A stretch of 23,815 bases of DNA, taken from IMG/VR virus record IMGVR_UViG_2850796239_000008; one strand, 5' to 3'. The stretch is from a virus. Its lineage: Duplodnaviria; Heunggongvirae; Uroviricota; Caudoviricetes. The notes under the pieces were generated by a model. The model saw only the letters and a list, made by a program, of their open reading frames with translations. It was not told the DNA's origin and made no database searches. A program made the translations under genes and the position numbers. Numbering within the stretch: position 1 is the first letter of the stretch; each line of letters opens with the position of its first letter. Positions 17,882 to 23,815 of this stretch are shown piece by piece.

Positions 17882-18237
17882 ATGCAGTCACGATCACTTC
17901 TTCTTGACACCGGGACATGGGATATCCTGCTTGATGATACCGGAAATCTTGCCATTACTGATAATCCCCATGCGGTAGCTCAGGATGTGGCGTGTGCGTG
18001 CAGTACTTTTCTGGGGAGTGCTGGTACGACTCAACGGCTGGCATACCTTACTGGCCACGCATCCTCGGACACTGGCCCGGCACACAACTGGTGAATGCCA
18101 CTCTGCAACAGGAAGCACTTAAACTGCCGACCGTGAGCGCCGCTGTCTGCCAGGTCACAGCTGATCAAACCCGGACAGTAACAGGTGTGCTGCGTATTAC
18201 AGATACCAATAATGACATTTTTACGGTATTGCTATGA
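17882..18237 (+). pseudogene. Baseplate wedge protein (gpW/gp25-like), split by a frameshift in a G4 run
   Basis: ORFs 17882-18094 and 17992-18237 join as ...ACACSTFLGECWYDSTAGIPYW... if one G is added at 18013-18016; strong RBS CAGGAG before the ATG at 17882. Confidence 0.65.
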
Positions 18238-19475
18238 GTGAAAATAAATCTTTTTCTACCGCAGTGCCCGCTGTACAGATTTCGGATCGCGGGCTGAATG
18301 TGCCGGATGAAGCGGATATTCTGAGCGGCAGGCTTGCTGATTTTTCGGCGGCGCTGGGCGGGGCCATGAGTACCAGTCTGAGCAGTCCGCAGGGACAACT
18401 TGCATCCAGCGAAAGCGCCATTATTGCGGATAAAAACGACCAGTTGCTGTATATCGTTAACCAGATCAACCCTGACTTTTCCAGTGGTCGCTTTCAGGAT
18501 GCAATAGGCAGGATTTATTTCCTGGAGCGCCGCGGGGCCACAGGTACGACAGTAACAGCGACCTGTACCGGGCTGGTTGGCACGCTGATCCCGGCGGGCA
18601 GTATGGCGCAGGATGAGGCCGGTTATAAGTATGTCAGTCAGTCAGACGTCACTATCGGCGCATCAGGGCAGGTTGATGCGGTATTTCTGAATTTGTCCAC
18701 CGGCCCCGTCGGCTGTCCTGTGGGGACGCTGAATAAAATTTATAAGGCAATACCTGGCTGGTCAGGTGTCACTAACGCCAGTGCCGGTGTGCCGGGCAGC
18801 GATGAGGAAACCCGTGCGGACTTTGAAAACCGCCGACGTAATTCAGTTGCCCGTAATGCCCGGAATATTCTGGAAGCCATCCGGGGTGAAATACTCTCCA
18901 CGGTGGAAAACGTGGTGGATGTTTACGTCACCCATAATCCGAAAAAAACAGAACAAAAAGCCGGAGTCAGTCAGTATCCATTAACACCCGGTTCGCTTTA
19001 TGTTGGCGTGTACGGCGGCAGCCCGGCAGATATCGCGGCGGCCATCTGGCGTAAGGCTCCGCCGGGTATTGATATGAATGGCAACACAACGTTCACTGTT
19101 GCAGATAAGGAGTACGATCCGCCGTATCCTGAATACGTGATCAGCTGGCAGACACTCAAACCCGTCAGTCTGCATGTCAGTGTGACGCTGAAAAAAAGTG
19201 ACTACCTGCCTTCAGATATTACCCGACAGGTACAGCAATCCGTGCTGGACGCATTTAATGGTACAGATGGTGGTCTGCGGGCAAGGGTTGCCTCTGTTGT
19301 CTCTGCCGGGCGCTACTATGCCGGCATTTACAAAACCGATCCGGAACATATTGATATTCTGGGCCTTACTGTGAGCCGTGACGGTTCGTCATGGACAACG
19401 GCTGTCACTTTCGGGATAGATGAGATTCCGGTTCTGGATGTGTCGGATATCAGTGTGAAACTCCAGGAGGCATAA
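18234..19475 (+). CDS. Baseplate J-like protein, 413 aa
   Basis: Size and position after the W-like gene; ATGA overlap with the upstream stop. Confidence 0.75.
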   Translation: MSENKSFSTAVPAVQISDRGLNVPDEADILSGRLADFSAALGGAMSTSLSSPQGQLASSESAIIADKNDQLLYIVNQINPDFSSGRFQDAIGRIYFLERRGATGTTVTATCTGLVGTLIPAGSMAQDEAGYKYVSQSDVTIGASGQVDAVFLNLSTGPVGCPVGTLNKIYKAIPGWSGVTNASAGVPGSDEETRADFENRRRNSVARNARNILEAIRGEILSTVENVVDVYVTHNPKKTEQKAGVSQYPLTPGSLYVGVYGGSPADIAAAIWRKAPPGIDMNGNTTFTVADKEYDPPYPEYVISWQTLKPVSLHVSVTLKKSDYLPSDITRQVQQSVLDAFNGTDGGLRARVASVVSAGRYYAGIYKTDPEHIDILGLTVSRDGSSWTTAVTFGIDEIPVLDVSDISVKLQEA

Positions 19476-19476
19476 C

Positions 19477-20082
19477 GTGCAGAATGTGGCTGCCACTGTG
19501 CTTGCGCAGTATGCTGCCAGCCCCCGACTCAATGCCCTCATTAACAGCTTTAACGCAGCGCTTTCCCCCGACAGTTTTATCAGTGATTTTTATGGTCTTA
19601 TCTGGAACATCGATACCGCAGAAAAGTATGGTCTTGATGTCTGGGGAAAGATTGTGGGTGTCAGTCGCCGGCTGACGGTAAAGGACGATTTTAATTACCT
19701 GGGCTTCAGCGAGTCTAGGATGGACACCCCGGTAATGGATGATCCCTGTCCGTTTAATCAGGCACCGTTTTACAACGGAAAATCGGATACCCGGACTGTT
19801 GACCTGTCTGATGCTGTATACCGGCGGCTGATACTGATGAAAGCCATGTCGAACATTACTGACTGTTCCGTTCCGGATATTAACCGGATGCTGAGATTTA
19901 TGTTCGGAAAAAAACGCCGGGCTTATGTTCTGAATAATGGTGGATTGAGGATGAGTTACATCTTTGAGTCCGCGCTCTCGTTGGCAGAACTGGCGATTAT
20001 CCAGTCGTCGGGTGCACTGCCATCCCCGCCGGGTGTTTATGTTTCAGTAGTTTTAAAGGAGTCCCGTAATGAAGGCCAGTGA
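19477..20082 (+). CDS. Baseplate/tail protein I-like, 201 aa (GTG start)
   Basis: GTG at 19477 with AGGAGG at 8-nt spacing; position between the J-like gene and the fibre gene. Confidence 0.6.
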   Translation: MQNVAATVLAQYAASPRLNALINSFNAALSPDSFISDFYGLIWNIDTAEKYGLDVWGKIVGVSRRLTVKDDFNYLGFSESRMDTPVMDDPCPFNQAPFYNGKSDTRTVDLSDAVYRRLILMKAMSNITDCSVPDINRMLRFMFGKKRRAYVLNNGGLRMSYIFESALSLAELAIIQSSGALPSPPGVYVSVVLKESRNEGQ

Positions 20083-21301
20083 TAAACCCCGCCAGCTGGC
20101 GGTCCCCTTTGCGAGTACCGGAGATAAAAACCGTATCCCGGACAAGGCGACACAGCAGACCAGAGAGAGCGGTAATGCTGCGTATGATTCAGGTTTTCCT
20201 CCGGTGACCATGACAGCGGTCTCAGCGGGAGGTATACCGCCACACGGCAAGGATTTTAACGGTCTGATGTACGATATTACCGCAGCAATACGGTTCGCCC
20301 AGGCTGGCGGTTTGTACACGTATAATGCCGGTTTTGCGGGGGCCATTGGTGGATATGCAAAAGGAGCCATTCTCGCCGGAGTCGCAACAACAGCGGTCTG
20401 GCTGAATACCACAGACGATAACCTGACCGATCCTGAAGGCTCCGACAGTGCGGGCTGGGTAAATCTTCTTGAGGATCCGAAAAGGATATTCCTGCGGCAG
20501 AAGAACAATCTGTCAGACCTTCAGAATAAAGGGACGGCACGGGATAATCTTCAGGTTTACAGTAAAGAGCAGTCAGATCAACGCTATGTTCATCGGGAAG
20601 GCGATACCTTGTCCGGTGGACTTACTTTTGAAAACGACTCAACCCTTGCCTGGATTCGAAATACTGACTGGGCAAAGATTGGTTTTAAAAATAATGCCGA
20701 CAGCGATACTGATTCATACATGTGGTTTGAAACAGGTGACAACGGCAATGAGTATTTCAAATGGAGACACCGCCTCGCTGGCGGCCGGGTTAAAGACCTG
20801 ATGAATCTCAAATGGGATACACTAAATATTCTGGTTAATGCCGTCATTAATGGTTGTCTTGGAATTGGTACGACGAATGCGTTAGGTGGAAGTTCAATCG
20901 TTTTAGGAGATAACGATACCGGGTTTAAACAAAATGGCGATGGTCTGCTTGATGTTTATGCGAATGGACAGCGTGTATTTCGTTTCCAGAATGGCAGTAT
21001 CCAGAGTAATAAAGCTGTAAACGTTACAGGACGGGTAACACCGTCAGACTACGGAAACTTTGATGCCCGTTACCAGCAGCGAAATGGTGGCGTGCAGGAT
21101 GTGCGGTATGGTTATGAAATGTATTACAACCCTGGCAGCAACACCGTTTCATGGACGTTTCGCTCACCTTCGGGACACGGGCTGTCAGGGATATCGATAT
21201 CGGATACCGGCCGTAACTCAGCGGATAACGTCAACGGTGTGTATTACCGACCGCTGCAAAAACTGATTAATGGCACCTGGTATAACGTAGCGAGTATTTA
21301 A
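20069..21301 (+). CDS. Tail fibre protein (gpH-like), 410 aa
   Basis: AGGAG RBS; conserved fibre N-terminus followed by a Gly/Asn-rich distal region ([37 protein letters not shown]). Confidence 0.8.
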   Translation: MKASDKPRQLAVPFASTGDKNRIPDKATQQTRESGNAAYDSGFPPVTMTAVSAGGIPPHGKDFNGLMYDITAAIRFAQAGGLYTYNAGFAGAIGGYAKGAILAGVATTAVWLNTTDDNLTDPEGSDSAGWVNLLEDPKRIFLRQKNNLSDLQNKGTARDNLQVYSKEQSDQRYVHREGDTLSGGLTFENDSTLAWIRNTDWAKIGFKNNADSDTDSYMWFETGDNGNEYFKWRHRLAGGRVKDLMNLKWDTLNILVNAVINGCLGIGTTNALGGSSIVLGDNDTGFKQNGDGLLDVYANGQRVFRFQNGSIQSNKAVNVTGRVTPSDYGNFDARYQQRNGGVQDVRYGYEMYYNPGSNTVSWTFRSPSGHGLSGISISDTGRNSADNVNGVYYRPLQKLINGTWYNVASI

Positions 21302-21303
21302 CA

Positions 21304-21849
21304 ATGTTGCATTTAAAAAATATTACTGCGGGTAATCCGAAAACCGTGGAACAATATCAGCTGACAAAACAATATGATGTCACCTGGCTTTTTTCGGAAG
21401 ACGGAAAAAACTGGTATGAAGAGCTGAAGAATTTCGCCAGCGACACAATTAAAATAACTTACACCGGAGACGGTCGCGTGGTGTGGGTCGGTAAGGATGT
21501 GACAGGCATTGAACCCCGTAACGCCAGTGTTATTGAAGTTCCTGATATTACCGCCAACCGCCGCATTACCGCGCCGGGTTACTGGTTTTACCGCAATGAT
21601 GAATTTGTCTTTGACTACAGACTCAAAGCGGAAGATGAGCGTGATGCCCTTCTGGCTCAGGTCAGTGCCCGGACAGGGGAATGGGAAGAAGACCTGCTGC
21701 TGGGGTTAATCAGCGACGAAGATAAAGAAAAGCTGAAAGCCTGTCGTATTTACGCGAAATCACTGCAGGCGATGGATTTCAGTGTCATCACAGATAAAGC
21801 CACATATAACGCCATCAACTGGCCGGAGCGTCCCGATGCCGCAGCTTAA
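21304..21849 (+). CDS. Tail fibre assembly protein (Tfa/gpG-like), 181 aa
   Basis: Starts 2 nt after the fibre stop; C-terminal Tfa-type signature ...AKSLQAMDFSVITDKATYNAINWPERP. Confidence 0.8.
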   Translation: MLHLKNITAGNPKTVEQYQLTKQYDVTWLFSEDGKNWYEELKNFASDTIKITYTGDGRVVWVGKDVTGIEPRNASVIEVPDITANRRITAPGYWFYRNDEFVFDYRLKAEDERDALLAQVSARTGEWEEDLLLGLISDEDKEKLKACRIYAKSLQAMDFSVITDKATYNAINWPERPDAAA

Positions 21850-23113
21850 AGGTGTGATTAAAACGCCCACGGGAGAACCGCTGGACGGCGCAACCATTAC
21901 ACTAACCTCCATACACAACCGTGCAGGGATTCTGAAAAGTGTTTTCAGCCATGTCACCACACAGAACGGGGAATATGACTTCCCCGTTCTGCCGGGTGTG
22001 TACAGCGTTCGCCTGACACAAAGCACACGGCGCCTTTCAGAAATCGGTGTCATCCGCGTTTATGAAGATTCAACGGACGGTTCGCTGAATGATTTTCTGG
22101 GCGCAACTGATATTGACCTGCGTCCGGAATCCCTGAAGAAATTCGAAGAGCTGGCGCAACAGGCGCAGCAGAGTGCCGGGAGCGCAGCCGGAAACGCACG
22201 GCAGACGGCGCAGGATGTGACGGCAGCCGCAACGGCCCGTGATGATGCACAACGTTTTGCGGAGAAAGCCCGACAGGATGCAACCGTCACAGCTGAGAAC
22301 AGAAAGGCCACAGCGGAAGACGTGAAAAGCACGGGGAAAAACGCCGTCTTATCCGGTCAGCGTGCACAGGCAGCCGCAGGTTATGCCCGCGCAGCAGAAC
22401 AGGCCAAAAATGACATTGATGCTGCGCTGACCGGCACTCTGAAAACGGCTAACCATCTGTCTGAAATCGCAGCAGCAGGCGAAAAGGCACAACAGAAGTC
22501 CCGGGATAATCTGGGGCTGAAAAGTGCGGCCACGATGGAAGCACAGAGCGACATTTACGACCGGACAAAAGGCCGTCTGGCGATACCCGGCGCATTCGGC
22601 TTTGGGCGTGCTTTTCTGCCTGAAGATGTTATCCGTTTTGACACTAAGAGTGATTTCCTGGCCTGGGTAAGGAATGCGCTGCCAGGTGAATATTCCGTTG
22701 CTGGCCCCTACGACATCATCATACCCGACACACGGTTTGAAGGGGTGCTCAGCATCCGGTGGACTGATGCACGCCCTGAGACAACAGAACCGAGGTACAG
22801 AGCCAAATCCCTTACTTTTTACGGCATTAACGGCCCCATTTATCACACCCGCTACTGCTACTGGCCCATATCCAGACTGACTGGCTGGGTGAAAATAAAT
22901 ATAACCACAGAAGATATTATTTACAGAATCGTGGCGAGCTCTGTCCGCAACAGATGGGGAGACCCTGACATTGGCGGGCTGATTATTGCTGCGTACCAGG
23001 GAGAAGCTGACGGTGATAAAGTCATCAGACTTGTCAGGGGCGGTCATACAGAGGCTCACGACTGGGACCGGTGGGGATTTCAGTGCCCAGTACTCCCACC
23101 GGAACGTATATAG
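21836..23113 (+). CDS. Side-tail-fibre-like protein, 425 aa: Stf-type N-terminal domain with an atypical C-terminal half
   Basis: N-terminus ...GVYSVRLTQS...GVIRVYEDSTDGSLNDFLGATDIDLRPESLKKFEEL matches the prophage side-fibre N-domain pattern; Ala/Gln-rich coiled segment; C-terminal about 180 aa lack fibre repeats. Confidence 0.7.
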   Translation: MPQLKGVIKTPTGEPLDGATITLTSIHNRAGILKSVFSHVTTQNGEYDFPVLPGVYSVRLTQSTRRLSEIGVIRVYEDSTDGSLNDFLGATDIDLRPESLKKFEELAQQAQQSAGSAAGNARQTAQDVTAAATARDDAQRFAEKARQDATVTAENRKATAEDVKSTGKNAVLSGQRAQAAAGYARAAEQAKNDIDAALTGTLKTANHLSEIAAAGEKAQQKSRDNLGLKSAATMEAQSDIYDRTKGRLAIPGAFGFGRAFLPEDVIRFDTKSDFLAWVRNALPGEYSVAGPYDIIIPDTRFEGVLSIRWTDARPETTEPRYRAKSLTFYGINGPIYHTRYCYWPISRLTGWVKINITTEDIIYRIVASSVRNRWGDPDIGGLIIAAYQGEADGDKVIRLVRGGHTEAHDWDRWGFQCPVLPPERI

Positions 23114-23251
23114 CATCCCCACAATTTTTCATTACGGGATGTTCAGAGCATTCATTACCGGGGTCATATTGCGCCCTGTCCGGGGTGCCGGATGCTCATG
23201 TCTCTGGCGCAATGCCCGGGCTTTTTATTCGCACATCGTGAGGAATGCACC

Positions 23252-23815
23252 GTGGAAATTAAAAAAATCATTAATCCCCGTTATACCGAAAGTGGCGCAG
23301 TAGACTGTGACGTTTTTTTTGACGACAGGGACCAGGCAGTCCCCTACACAGCCACCGCTGATGATGTCGCACCGACGGGTCAGCGAATCTGGCAGGAACT
23401 GCAAAGTGGCAAATGGGGTGAGATAGCCCCATTCACTGTGACACCAGAAATGCTGGAAGCGGCCAGAGAGGCCAGACGTCAGGAAATTGAAGCATGGCGC
23501 ACAGAACAGGAGGCGAAGCCGTTCACGTTTGAATGGAACGGTCGTATCTGGAATGCTGGTCCCGACTCACTGGGCCGCCTGTCCCCGGTAGTCATGCTGG
23601 CAAAATCTGTCACAGCACAAACACATATGGCGTGGAGCGATGCCGATAATCAGCAGGTGAAACTGTCGATGCCGGAACTGGAAGAACTGGCGGCAGCAAT
23701 GGTGCAGGCGCAGGTCGATCGCAACGATGAGATTTATCGCCGTCAGCGGGAGCTGAAGGAAGAGCTGAATAGTCTGAAGGATTTGAATTCGGTTAGGAAT
23801 TTTATCGTGGAATAA
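23252..23815 (+). CDS. Hypothetical protein, 187 aa from GTG; possible fibre-associated chaperone or accessory protein
   Basis: GTG at 23252 with GAGGAA RBS at 8 nt (in-frame ATGs at 23192/23198 lack an RBS); position after the fibre gene; stop at the window end. Confidence 0.45.
   Translation: MEIKKIINPRYTESGAVDCDVFFDDRDQAVPYTATADDVAPTGQRIWQELQSGKWGEIAPFTVTPEMLEAAREARRQEIEAWRTEQEAKPFTFEWNGRIWNAGPDSLGRLSPVVMLAKSVTAQTHMAWSDADNQQVKLSMPELEELAAAMVQAQVDRNDEIYRRQRELKEELNSLKDLNSVRNFIVE

Noticed and set aside
22349-23122. 257-aa minus-strand ORF antisense to the Stf-like fibre gene
   Set aside because: Cys-rich, low-complexity translation with no RBS; fully overlapped by a plus-strand gene that has a recognisable fibre N-domain. 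Treated as a shadow ORF.
20069-23815. Invertible tail-fibre segment (Gin/Pin/Cin-type) with alternative fibre tips
   Set aside because: Both fibre genes and the assembly gene are on the same strand, there is no invertase gene and no inverted pair of crossover sites; I see only a tandem arrangement.
1-23815. CRISPR array or other regularly spaced short repeats
   Set aside because: No series of three or more evenly spaced direct repeats; the only direct repeats are the two-copy iteron-like units at 10117-10190.

Overview
This window is an Escherichia/Shigella-type chromosomal region: the 5' part of ttcA (minus strand, 1-480) followed by a degraded Rac-like lambdoid prophage, all read from sequence alone. 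Left to right: tyrosine integrase and excisionase; a leftward early operon (Sak4-like RecA-fold ATPase, a 646-aa acidic protein, small unknowns, a Rha regulator); one plus-strand moron; an immunity switch (RacR-type repressor divergent from a Cro-like/CII-like pair); a replication module (HTH initiator with internal iteron-like repeats, plus a DnaB-family helicase split by an IS3-family IS600-like element with a 3-bp GTT target duplication); three uncharacterised genes; an IS1 copy with no target duplication; then a P2-type baseplate and tail-fibre module (spike V, W, J, I, fibre H, assembly G), a second Stf-like fibre and one unknown gene. No lysis, terminase, capsid or tail sheath/tube genes are present, so the element looks cryptic. 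Three reading-frame breaks (ttcA, spike, W-like) are each a one-base deficit in a G/C homopolymer and may be sequencing artefacts rather than biology. I found no CRISPR array, tRNA/rRNA gene or recognisable defence system; the most unusual items are listed as findings with explicit uncertainty.
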